The notes under the pieces were generated by a model, which was not told the origin of the DNA, ran no database searches, and saw only the letters and a program-made list of their open reading frames with translations. This document shows positions 50,383 through 62,235 of a DNA stretch of 64,000 nt, piece by piece (the first letter of the stretch is position 1; every line of letters starts with the position of its first letter). Source of the stretch: Octopus bimaculoides (taxonomy: Eukaryota); NCBI RefSeq assembly GCF_001194135.2, contig NC_069003.1, forward strand, positions 13,332,680-13,396,679, written 5' to 3'. The translations under genes and the position numbers were made by a program.

Positions 50383-51206
50383 AAACAACATGAAATACAA
50401 AAACAAATGAGTTCAATACGCAAACAATGAGAGAAACAAATGGAGAACAGGACAAGTAACATAATGAACGACCCTTCATCAGTTGTTAGCTGTCTATCTA
50501 CTCCTCGTTTTGAGCATTGAACGACAATATGAGTCTTCGAAGACAGTTGCTCCCATAAATACCAAAATAAAATTGGGGATTTATGGAAGGGTCAAAGTTG
50601 GGCATAAACACAGGACAATGGAGACGTACAAGGAAACCAAATGAAATCAAACACAGAGGGTCGTTAGACCAGAATGAGGGTAAAATAGCGAACGCTAGAG
50701 AAATATTTTCTTTGACAAGAGAAAAGATAGAAGAGAGTTCCCCTCTTTCTCGTTTTCTCTCTCTTGTTGCTCACATGTGACCATTGTCCATCTTCCTTTT
50801 CCTTATGTAATCATCTTTTCTTTCAGGACTGTCCTAAGGACTGGACATATCTCTCTCTTCTGTCTTTTCTCTTGTCAAAGAAAATATTTCCCTAGCATTT
50901 GCTATTTTACCCTCGTTCTGGTCGAACAACCCTCCATGTTTGTTTTCATTCAGTTTCCTTGTATGTTTCCACTGTCCTATTTTCATTCCCAACTTTGACC
51001 CTCCATAAATCCCTAATTTTATTCTGGTACTTATGGGAGCAACTGTCTTTGAAGACTCATATTGTCGTTCAATGCTCAAAACGAGGAGTAGATAGACAGC
51101 TAACGACTGATGAAGGGTCGTTCATTATGTTACTTGTCCTGTTTTCAATTTGTTTCTCTCATTGTTTGTGTATTGAACTCATTTGTTTTCGTATTTCATG
51201 TTGTTT
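50383..51206. repeat. Fold-back inverted repeat, arms of about 355 bp (50383-50737 and 50853-51206) with a 115-bp spacer
   Basis: The arms are reverse complements, with about 10 differences in the outer 220 bp by eye and more in the inner part. Flanked by CA/TA microsatellites. Confidence 0.95.
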
Positions 51207-51248
51207 ACTATTGGTGACGTCCTGTACATATATATGCATGTGTATGTT

Positions 51249-51300
<52 letters not shown>

Positions 51301-54300
51301 TTATTCCTTTTATTTTGACTAATGAAAAATATAAAATGAACTAAAATATGGATTTTCTGGCAAATACAGTGTCTCCAATGCTACAGGGATGAACAACAAA
51401 TCAACTGAGTGATTAAATATATTTTACGTTCTAAATGTATATAAGTGCTTTTTCAATTTATGTTTGATTGTTTTTATGCATAATTGTACACACAATATAT
51501 GATGGTCCTCGGTGCCAACTTTCTGTATTGGCTCTGTGCATGTGTGTGTTATATATCTGTGGTATGCCAAGTAGTGCATAATTTTATGACTTGAAGTAAG
51601 TTTTCAACATTCAATGAATAGACGACAGTGTTAGAATTTAGAAGTGGTGACCTACATCTGGCTTGAAAGTTATAGTGGTGTGTGTGTGTGTGTGTGTATA
51701 TATTATGTACGTGTGTGTACATGTTATGTTAGTGTGTGTGTGTGCATCTATATATAATAATGGTCAATTGTGAATTTGTTTAGTAACTTCAGAGTCATCT
51801 TATTTAAGTTTTGTATTTCCAAGTTGGTATTTTATGGAATTTTAAAAGTGTTATCTTTTATTTGTGTCTGTCATTGGACTGTGGCCATGCTGGAGCACCG
51901 TCTTTAGTTGAGCGAATTGGCCCAAGGACTCATCCTTTGTAAGCCTATTACTTATTTTATCAGTCTCTTTTGCCGAACTGCTAAGTTACAGGAACACAAA
52001 CACACCAATATAAGTTGTCAAGTGATGGGAGACACACACACGGATACACAAACATATACATATATGACAAGCTTCTTTCAGTTTCCATCTACCAAATCCA
52101 CTCAAAAGGCTTTGGTCAGCCTGAGGCTATAGTAGAAGACACTTGCCCAAGGTGCCATGCAGTGGGACTGAATCCGGAACCATGTGGTTGGGAAGCAAGC
52201 TTCTTACCACACACCCACACCTTTATATATACATGGTAGGCTTCTTTGAGTTTCCATTTACTAAAGCTTTGTAAGTGGATTTGGTAGATAGAAACTGAAA
52301 GAAACCCATCGTATGTGTGTGTGTGTGTGTTTGTGTCTGTTTGTCCCCCATCACTGCTTGACAGAGAGAGAATGAGAGATTAAAGGATAGATATCTAGAC
52401 AGGCAGTTGACATAGATAAATATAGATGACAAATAAACAGTTATATAGGAAGATAAATTTGTAAATAGATATAGATAGGCAGACTGTGTATGTGTGTTTT
52501 ATTAAAACATTTGCACACGGATACCTTGCCAGGCAGACTGTGTGTTTATTATATCAAAGTTTAACAGACTACTATGAGTTTCACTGCAGGCTGTCTTGTT
52601 CTCTATCTGTCAACTGCTCAACCTGGGGCAAAACTCTAAACTGTTAATCTTTGATGTAATAAACATATCTATCTACTCTACCCAATGTATTAAGTTCTTT
52701 ATCAGATAATGTTTTCACTGTGTCAAATGTATTTTAACCTTTTTTGATACTAACCTACTTGAGGCTACTCTGAGTTCTATGATACAAATTTCCTGTTTTA
52801 AAGGGATCTAAATTAAAACCTTCTTCCATTAAAATTTCATGTTAAAGTGACAAGCTGGCAGAATTGTTTCTGCACCGGGTAAAAATGCTTAGCGACATGT
52901 CATCTGTCTTTACTTTTGGTGTTCAAATTCTACCAAGGTCAACTTTGTCTTTCAGAGTCAATAAAATGAGTCCCAGTCAAGCATTTTGGTTAATGTAATC
53001 AAATTACCCCCTCTCCAAAATTGCTAGCCTTGTGCCAAAATTTGAAATCAATTTATGTTCCAAACACCAGCTGACTAATAATAATGAGTTATTGTATTAA
53101 ATCAATCATAATTTTTCAAAATTAATTGAAACAAAGGCAGTATATATCAACAGAAATTCGGTAGCAAAAGGATTAAGTATTGTATGGTTCTATCAGTCTT
53201 TGTGTTCTGTGATTCACCTTAGATAGCCTTGGTTCTTTGATATAAACTTTTTGTTTTAAAGCAATCGAATTTAAAATCTTCCATTAAAATGTCATGTTAA
53301 TTTATTCTCAAAACACCAGCTTCACCCTTTAGCACTCAGATTTCTCTGTCAAATGCAACATTTATTTATTCCCATTATTTTCAATTAATCATACATCTTC
53401 CGTTCTAGGTTTAAACCTAGTCTAGGTCAACTTTATCTTTCATCTTCCCAGAATTGATGAAATAAAGTTACCAGTTAATAAACTAAACCCTTTTGCACAA
53501 AATTTCAGGTTTTGTGCCTACGTTAAAAATAGTTATTTTTATCTGATTTATTATGAACTTTTTTCAGTTTCCGTCCACCAAATCCACTTATAATATAGAA
53601 GTATTTCTCATGGTCCCAGCAGACAGAATGGAAAAGTTGTTGTCCCAGAGGATAATGAGAGAGATGCATTGCAACAGCCACTCTGATTCATGGGACTTGC
53701 ACATGTGGACAGCCGTCTCCACCATGATAGTGTTGAGCAGGGATATTGTCTGGGGGCCAATTATCTTGTAGCTTCAAGCTTTTGATGGTGTGATTGTTTT
53801 ATTTTTAGGATAACATTGTAGGGTTCGTGTGAGAGGCTTGATCTGGTCAGTTTGAATATAAAACAGATAGAATATTTGTGCTGTTGGGCTGGATGTGGTC
53901 GGTTTGAATGCTAAGGGTTAATGAGGACAAAGTTATTGTAATAAATTCTTCAGTATTTTGAAAATTTATTGAAATAAAGGCAGTGAATTTCAACAGAAAT
54001 ATGGTTACAAAAAGGTTAAATATACTTTACAACTCTTACATTATGATGTGTGTGTATGTGGAGAGAGAGAGAGAGAGGGAGAAGGAGGGAGAGAACGTGT
54101 TCAGCTGACATGGATGCCAACGTAAATAGCAAAGCTAGTTTTGCCTCGAACACTGTAATCATAACAATACCGAGCCGACTGATGCTGCACTAAATTGCTC
54201 TTGTTTTTGTTGTTGTGGAACCAGTGTCTGCTGCATTCAATGGAAAAACAAGACGAATGATCAATATTTGTCCCACTTCTCTCTCGCTCCCCTCCTCCTC

Positions 54301-55912
54301 CTCCTCTTCACGTTCCACCTCATCACCTCTTCCTCACCTCCTCAGCTGTTCTACTATCGCTGTTCCACCATTGCTGCTGATGCTGCTGCTATCGTTGCAG
54401 TTTGGTTTGTTGTTCTTACTCAGCAGTTTTATCTGTTGCACCTTTTGTTTCTCTCTCTCTTCTTTCTCATCTGCAGCCTCCACTGCCGTCACACCTCCAA
54501 CCAGACATCTCCAATCACCATGAAACAACGGAACAGGTCATCTCTCTCACTCTTATTTTGACTTGCCTCTCTTCCATTGCACATGAGGTGCAGTTCAGTG
54601 TCTGGTTGTTAGCTGTCTGCACCACAGCTACTTTCGTGTAAACACACTGCAGCTTGCGTGACTTTCAGTGTGGGCGGCAGTGGCATAGGTGTGCAGTTGT
54701 GTTTCTGGTTTCTATACAGCTGCTTCTTGCTGTCGTAGTTTAGCCCTGGGCTAGCTTTCATCAACCAGAGTTATGATCAGAGATGCTCTAGACATGACAT
54801 CTCATCTTTCAGTTTGACAGACGTTGGCCAGCTGGAGAGCTGCTCAGGCTCCATTTGTCTGTTTTGGCATGACGGTGTGATTTGAGTGAAATTTGACTGT
54901 TATTTCTAATAAAACAAGCAAAAATAAAGAGGTTCCTTTGTTCGTCTGTTGCTACAGATATGTAGTTGTTGTTATTAGTGTTGTTGCTGTCATTTAGCCC
55001 TGTGTCACTTCTCATCAATCAGGTCAATATAAGCAAAAACATTCTACCATATTTTAACGTAATATCAGGAACCCTTTTTTTCCAAAATTAGACTAAAAAA
55101 ATATGGGAGTGTCTTATATATGGATAGTTTTATAATCCCTTACAAAACCTTTTTTCCAAATTTTAAGCACCCAAATTTAGGGGGTTCCTTATACATGTTA
55201 AAATACGGTATATTCATGCTTTTATTTTTATTTCAAATACAGTATATTTAGGACTACATTATTCCTCATAACCTCCCTCTTTTTAAGGTAGTAATATGTG
55301 GCATGGAGGTTAGGGGCTGCTATTTTTAGCTAGTCAAAAATCCATGTAGTAAGTAGCATGTTAACCCAAAGTCAGGTCTGATCCAGTAGCAGCAGCAGAT
55401 CTATGATTAAAGACATTCTAGCTGTGACTATCTCATCTTTACAGACATAGTTAATCTTGGATTACATTATTCAAAGCGTCCTTTTTTTTTATTAATGGAT
55501 CTGAAAGCCTTGGTTGCTATTTCTAGTATATCTAGCGACCACTCAGCAACTCCCTTATAAAGATTGTCTTCTCCTTCAAGTGGCCGCAACTGAGATGCGT
55601 TTCACCCTACCTCACCAGGAATTTCTGTAGAACATCAGCTTTAGTAGATCTTCTGTTTCCTGTTGTGTGACTCTGCCAATCACATCAATGTAGATTGAGT
55701 GGTCTTCATCCATTATTATGGCACAGAAGATTCTGTAATGTTACATCCAATATGATAGCCTGGTGTTTAGCACAATAGCTGTGGCTAGCAAAGAACAACA
55801 GCCTGCTGCAGTAAAAACAAGCACCACCACCACCACCACTACAGTTATAGGATGGAGATGCTCTCTGTTGTTGTTACTGCTGTTAATGTTGTTATTGTTG
55901 CCAAGGTGGCAA

Positions 55913-55972
55913 GCTGGCAGAATTATTAGGGTGCTGGCAGAATTATTAGGGTGCTGGCAGAATTATTAGGGT
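55913..55972 (+). repeat. Perfect 20-bp triplication GCTGGCAGAATTATTAGGGT within a SINE family B head
   Basis: Three identical copies at 55913, 55933 and 55953. SINE B sequence continues to about 56140. Confidence 0.95.
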
Positions 55973-56485
55973 GCTGGACAAAGAAAATGCTTAATGGCAT
56001 TTTTTCATTTTCTTTACATTCCGAGTTCAAATAGCGATGAGGTCAACTTTGCCTTTCATCCTTTCAGGGTCGATAAAATTAAATAGCAATCAAGCACTGA
56101 GGCCAATGTAATCAACTTCCCCACTTCCCCCTAAAAATCGCCAGCCTTCCACCGAAATTCGAAACTGATGTTGTTATAGCCTTTATGTCAGTCGTTATTT
56201 GCAGAGGGTCCATAGGTAAAACATGGCTGAGATTTACTGGTCTAAGAGGCCGAACCGTCTCAAGATATCTTTTATCGTTTACTTGTTTCAGTCGGACTGT
56301 GGCCGTGCTGGAGCACTGCCTTGAAGGATTTTTACTTGAAACAAATCACCCCTAGTACTTACTTTTAAAACTGGTGCTTTTTCCATTGGTCTTACTTTGC
56401 TGAACTGCTAAGTTATGGGGATGCAATTAAACCAATACTGGTTGTTAAGCAGTTGGGTAGGTGTGTAGGGTAACAGACAAAAGCG

Positions 56486-56527
<42 letters not shown>

Positions 56528-58091
56528 CTGGGATCCACACTTTCTGTCTATCAAATCCACTCATAAGGTATTAGTTGGCCCTGGACTATAGAAGGCACTT
56601 GCCCATGATGTCCTGCAGTGGGACTGAACTCAAAACCTTGTAATTGCAAAGCAAGCTTTTTAACCACACAGCCATGCCTACACCTATAGAGTATGACATG
56701 AAGAAAATTTAGCTGTTATTTCTAGCAAATATAACAATCCATTTGTAGGTATTGATATCACTGTTTCTGATGTTACTGCTGCTGCTGTTTTTGTGCATGT
56801 TTATCTCATAGTAGCTTTATCTTCTGACTAATCTATGTTAAACCCTAATCCACCCATCTACCCGTATCTCACATCCCCTCCTCATCTTTCCCTATCACCA
56901 ATGGTGATGACTCAGAAAGAAATAAATAACATGACATTGTGTCTCATTGCTGCTGCCCAGCATCCAGCTTTAACTTTTTTCCATCTGCTCCATCCACCAC
57001 GGAGATGCTCCCTCACCACCCCTATCATCTACCCGACTGTCCTGTTTGCTGTCCAGCTACATTTCTTCTTATCCACCCAGCTGTCTACCTCAGTCCCTCC
57101 TCCTGTTCTTTTAGTAGACCCTCTTCCTATCTACCCATCTGATCAGTTCTCTATCATTAGTGGTCACTATAGAAGAGCATGTGTATGTATGTAGAGGACT
57201 CAGCCAGTATCTGAGGGGTACAGGTTCAACTCCTGTATCCACCTGCTGGCAAATTTTTTCTGTCTTATAAGGGTAAATACCCAATCCTTGCTGTTACAGC
57301 TTTAATGCATTCGAAATTTACTTTCTTGCCTGTAAAATACCAGCCACATTCAATGCTTCTAAAGCTTGTTTATAATATATATATATATCTTGTTTCAGTC
57401 ATGCTGGAGCACCACTTTGAACGGTTTTAGTCAAACAAATCGAAGCTAGGATTTATTGTTTTAAAACCTGGCAATTATTCTATCAGCCTCTTGCCAAACC
57501 ACTAAATTGCAGGGATGTAAACACACCAACACCAGATGTCAAGTGGTGGTGGGGTGCAAATGCAGACACAAACACACACACATATTTTATATATTATATA
57601 TATATATATGGCAGGCTTTTGAATTAATCATCCAATATCTTGTGGCTTCAGAATGTCAATGATGTGATTGTTTATTTTTACTATGACATTGTAGAGTAGG
57701 TGTATGATGTTGGATCAGGTCAGTCTGAACATAAAGGAGGGAGAATATTTTGGCCGGATATGGCTGATTTAAATACAAAAAGGTTAATATTACAGGATGT
57801 TTGTATCATAGAATCAGGGGCAGTCCCAGGAGGGTTGGTATAGAAATAGTTAGAGATAATAATAATGGTTTCAGATTTTGGCACAAGGCCAGCAGTTTTA
57901 GAGGTGGGTGTAAGTCGATTTCACTGACTCCAGTATTCACTTGCTACTTATTTTATCACCCTTGTAAGGATGAAAGGCAAAGTCAACCTTGGTATATTTG
58001 TACTGAGAATGTTAAGCCAGAAGAAATACCATTAAGCATGTTTTCCTGCACAATAATAATTCTGCCAACTTGCTGCATTTATAATAATAAC

Positions 58092-58124
<33 letters not shown>

Positions 58125-58316
58125 TTCAAAATTTTGCATAAGGCCAGTAAGTTACATCGACCCCAGTGCTCAACTGGTACTTTTTTTATCGACCTCAAAA
58201 GGATAAAAGGCAAAGTTGACATCAGCAGAATTTGAACTCAGAACATAAGCATTTTGCCCAGCATGTTAATGATTCTGCTAGGTCGCTGCCTTAATAATAA
58301 TAATGATAATAATAAT

Positions 58317-58650
58317 GCCCATTTGATTCCAGGATTGTAAAGAAAGAAGACGAAAAACAAAAATATATAATCCCTTAAAATATGGAGTATGATAACTAAA
58401 TGTTGTGCCTGTAATAACTGGTGCATTGGGAACTGTAAGGGAAGATACAGACAGATCATTGAAGGGGATTGGAATGGAATGTCCTGTAGAACTTCTACAG
58501 AAAGTTTGCTTCTTAGGGATAGGAAGGATTATCAGGAGGCTCTTAAGTACTTGAAAGACTATTGAAAGCTTGTGGATACCTAAGGTTACTGGCAAAAATC
58601 CACAGCCTACATAAATCCTTTAAGGAATAAAAATGAACCTGAATCAAATC
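58317..58650 (+). mobile_element. 3' fragment of an RLE-encoding non-LTR retrotransposon (R4/Dong-like) in an (AAT)n tract
   Basis: Translates as PFDSRIVKKEDEKQKY, then VVPVITGALGTVREDTDRSLKGIGMECPVELLQKVCFLGIGRIIRRLLST* (58402-58554), followed by a short 3' UTR. (AAT)n lies on both sides. Confidence 0.75.
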
Positions 58651-58842
58651 AATAATAATAATGATAATATTACTACTACTAATAATAATAATCCTTTCTA
58701 CTATAGGAACAAGATCTGAAATTTTGTGGGAGGGGTAAGTTGATTACATCAACCCCAGTATTCAACTGGTACTTATTTTAACAATTCCAAAAGGATGGGA
58801 AGCAAAGTTGACTACAGCAGAATTTGAACTCAAAATATACAA

Positions 58843-59231
58843 GGCGTAGGAGTGGCTGTGTGGTAAATAGCTTGCTTATGAACCACATGGATCCGGGTTC
58901 AGTCCCACTGCGTGGCGCCTTGAGCAAGTGTCTTTACTATAGCCTCGGGCCAACCAAAAGCCTTGTGAGTGGATTTGGTAGACGGAAACTGAAAGAAGCC
59001 CGTCGTATATATGTATATATATATATGTGTGTGTGTGTGTCTTTGTTTGTCCGCCAACATCGCTTGACAACTGATGCTGGTGTGTTTACGTCCCCGTAAC
59101 TTAGCGGTTCGGCAAAAGAGACCGATAGAATAAGTACTAGGCTTCCAAAAAATAAGTCCTGGGGTCGATTTGCTCGACTAAAGACAGTGCTCCAGCATGG
59201 CCACAGTCAAATGACTGAAACAAGTAAAAGA
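58843..59231 (+). mobile_element. Young full-length tRNA-derived SINE family A inserted into a family B SINE
   Basis: A-box-like TGGCTGTGTGG and B-box-like GGGTTCAGTCCC, many intact CpGs. Family B sequence flanks both sides. Confidence 0.92.
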
Positions 59232-60069
59232 GTTATGAGATGGAAGAAATGCCACTAAGCATTTTGTCTGGCATGCTAATGATTCTGACTCAAGTGGGAT
59301 TAAATTCACTGGAAAAACTAAATATGTTTTAAGCCTAAAATTATGTTTACAAACATTAAATGTACTTTCATGCTGACTGTTAGTGTATGTGTATATACTT
59401 ACTGTTAGTATAATGTGTATATACACTTTTAGAATACATGTGTATATATACATTGCATAAAAACACTTTACTCTAAAGGTCGCTGACTCTGGGCTAATCT
59501 TTTAGATTACCTGGTCAGTAGTATTGATGTCGGTGAACTTTTGGATAATTGTCTTTTTATGTAACACTTACCTGTAACATATGATATAACCATGTAGCCT
59601 GGGGTTTCAACTCCATCCTCATTATTACAATATTGTGGAATTTTCAAAAGATTTCTGTCTTTCTCCCTCCTCCTTGTCTTTCTTTCTCTTCTGACAACTT
59701 ACTTTAGTTGCTGTCATCTTAGAATAACAGAGTGAATATTTCTTCCAAAAAAATTACCACTACCATCGCCATCACCACCACCACTACTACTACTACTGCA
59801 ACTACTATACCCATGTAGTCTTTTTTTCATTCATTGCCTAATATATATTTCTAATGCTTAAGTAGACTATGTCTCCTTTTTCCCATTATTTTTTACACTG
59901 TACTCAAACTCCCTTGATCACCTCACCTTTTTCTTTGTCTCTCTTTTCCTCATTTTCTCCTTCTCTTCTCTTGTTCCCTTACTCTTAGCATGCCCAATCT
60001 CACCTTCCTCCACTACCTACACTTTTGCCTCATTTTTTTTCCCCAACTATATTTTTCTCTGTCATTTTA

Positions 60070-60097
60070 CTGATGAAGGTCTAGTGTTCGAAACATC
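60070..60097 (+). other. Degenerate Penelope-type minimal hammerhead ribozyme motif
   Basis: CTGATGA-AGG-TCTAGTGT-TC-GAAAC-ATC, after a pyrimidine-rich tract. ATC could be a CpG-decayed GTC cleavage triplet. Stem I pairing is poor. Confidence 0.45.
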
Positions 60098-60223
60098 AGG
60101 ACACTTTAGCTTCTTTTTAAGCATTAAATTAATACAGCATTAGTTAAATCTTGTCCTCCCCCCTATGTTTTCCTTTTGTATTCGTAGTTTAATATATATA
60201 TATGTATATGTATATATATATAT

Positions 60224-60279
<56 letters not shown>

Positions 60280-60411
60280 TAAGATTTTTAAACTTTTAAA
60301 TTTTCATATTCAAAAGAGACAGAGACTTCAAATTCGATATATCGATTTATTCACCACTCTATGTTAACATTTCTGTGCCAAACTTATCCAGTGACTGGTC
60401 CATTGGATTTA

Positions 60412-60431
60412 GACGTTTGGCACTTCTTCAG
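60412..60431 (-). other. Second degenerate Penelope-type hammerhead-like motif
   Basis: The minus strand reads CTGAAGA-AGTGCC-AAAC-GTC, with the G of GAAA missing. Confidence 0.3.
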
Positions 60432-60641
60432 GAGTGGTTACCTTTCGAACAAAACACGAAAAAACACATACATAACTATTATTAGGTCTTTAGGACATCG
60501 TTAGCTTTCAATATATATATATTGAAAAATTGCTATTTCAAATGAGACAGCATAATTGTTAATCAATGCTTAGAACTCTTTGTATATCCAAGTTCCAATC
60601 AAGTATTAAACATAATGTCTTCTGATTTTCTTTAGGTATTA

Positions 60642-60876
60642 CAGTAACCCCTCGTCATTTCGCGGTTCACCTATCGTGGTTTATTATTTAAGCTTACATT
60701 GATTCCTCTGTGGTGTTGTTTTGCATTTATAATAAAATAAATATATACAAATTATAAAAATAATAAAAAATATATATACATATACAGCACAGCATTGTTT
60801 CTACTTTGCGGATTTTCACCTATCGTGGGGTAAAGTGGGGTGGAATATGACACCCGCGATAGTCGAGAGATTACTG
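60642..60876. mobile_element. Tigger/pogo-type MITE, 235 bp
   Basis: TA|CAGTAACCCCTCGTCATTTCGCG ... CGCGATAGTCGAGAGATTACTG|TA. Internal direct repeat TTCACCTATCGTGG occurs twice. Confidence 0.9.
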
Positions 60877-60974
60877 TATATTCACTAGTGAAACACATGT
60901 TCAGGTTATATAACTTATGTCATAATAAAAAGATGAACTAATTTTTCTGATTCATTCTGTCTGCTCACTTTCTC

Positions 60975-61060
<86 letters not shown>

Positions 61061-61065
61061 GATGT

Positions 61066-61390
61066 GAAAACATGTGGCTTAGTGGTTAGGGTATTTGACT
61101 TACGATCGTAAAGTTGTGAGTTCAATTCCCAGCGATGCATTGTGTCCTCGAGCAAGACACTTTATTTCATGTTGCTCCAGTCTACTCAACTGGCAAAAAC
61201 AAGTGGTACCTGTATTTCAAAGGACCAGCCTTGTCACACTCTGTGTCATGCTGAATCTCCCTGAGAACTACGTTAAGGCTACACATATCTGTGGAGCACT
61301 CAGCCACTTGCACGTTAATTTCACAAGCAGCTTGTTCCATTGATCAGATCAACTGGAACCCTTGGTGTCGTAACCAATGAAGTTCCAGTT
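61066..61390 (+). mobile_element. tRNA-derived SINE family C (V-domain-like); other copies at about 30680-30990 and 25997-26075 (-)
   Basis: Head TGGCTTAGTGGTTAGG...GAGTTCAATTCCC, then TTGTGTCCTCGAGCAAGACACTTTATTTCA and a body shared with the 30.7-kb copy. Confidence 0.88.
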
Positions 61391-62149
61391 TTATATATAT
61401 GATGATAGGCATCTGTTGGTGTCGAAAGACCATGAATCTGTGTTTGGAAAATTTTGTGTCAGCTGCTGATGGCAGTGCAGTGTCTACTTTGGCTGCATAA
61501 GGCCACATGAAGTGACTACATTTGAAGATGCTCTTCACCAGCACTACTGAGTTTTCCTTTTTTCAAGCGCACTTTTCCTCAGTGGCAAGTTCCAATTTCT
61601 CTTCCTCTTGCACTGTCCCTTTGTATAGTACTTGTCTCCAGCATGGGCAATCATTTGCAACCTTCTCCCATCTCAGAATGTCCAGATCTATTGATTTCAT
61701 AGCTGTCTTGAAGATGTCCTTAAAACAAAGATGAGTTTGTCCTCGTGCTCTTCTATACCAGACCCTTTTAAACCATCTAACTCATGCTAGCATGGGAAGC
61801 AGCTGTTGAATACTAGTGATGATGATGATGATGATATGTGCTCAATGTGTGACAATTTTACCTTTTGAATTTTGGCTCTTATTGTTAATCGCATTAAACT
61901 CCCATTGTGTTGTGGTCACACAGGGTTCTTCTATGGTCTGAAGAGGACATAATTTAATGAGCACATCAATAAGGAAGGATTTCAACATGGTATTCTTTTA
62001 TGGCAGCTATTACATATGTTTCAATATTTGGTAATATATGATGTCACATTCTAAAAGTAATCCATAAATGCACCTCATAAGTGCAGCAGGCATTATCAAG
62101 ATGGATATTTCCTCACACAAAAGTATTTGACTTGATTTTATATGTGTGT

Positions 62150-62150
<1 letters not shown>

Positions 62151-62225
<75 letters not shown>

Positions 62226-62235
62226 CGTGTGTGTG
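62151..62235. repeat. (GT)n microsatellite, representative of dozens of TA, CA/GT, GA/CT, GAT and AAT tracts in the window
   Basis: Directly visible. Confidence 0.95.

Noticed and set aside
51109-51150. Hammerhead ribozyme in the fold-back arm (CTGATGAAGGG)
   Set aside because: No downstream GAAA or stem II/III can be formed on either arm.
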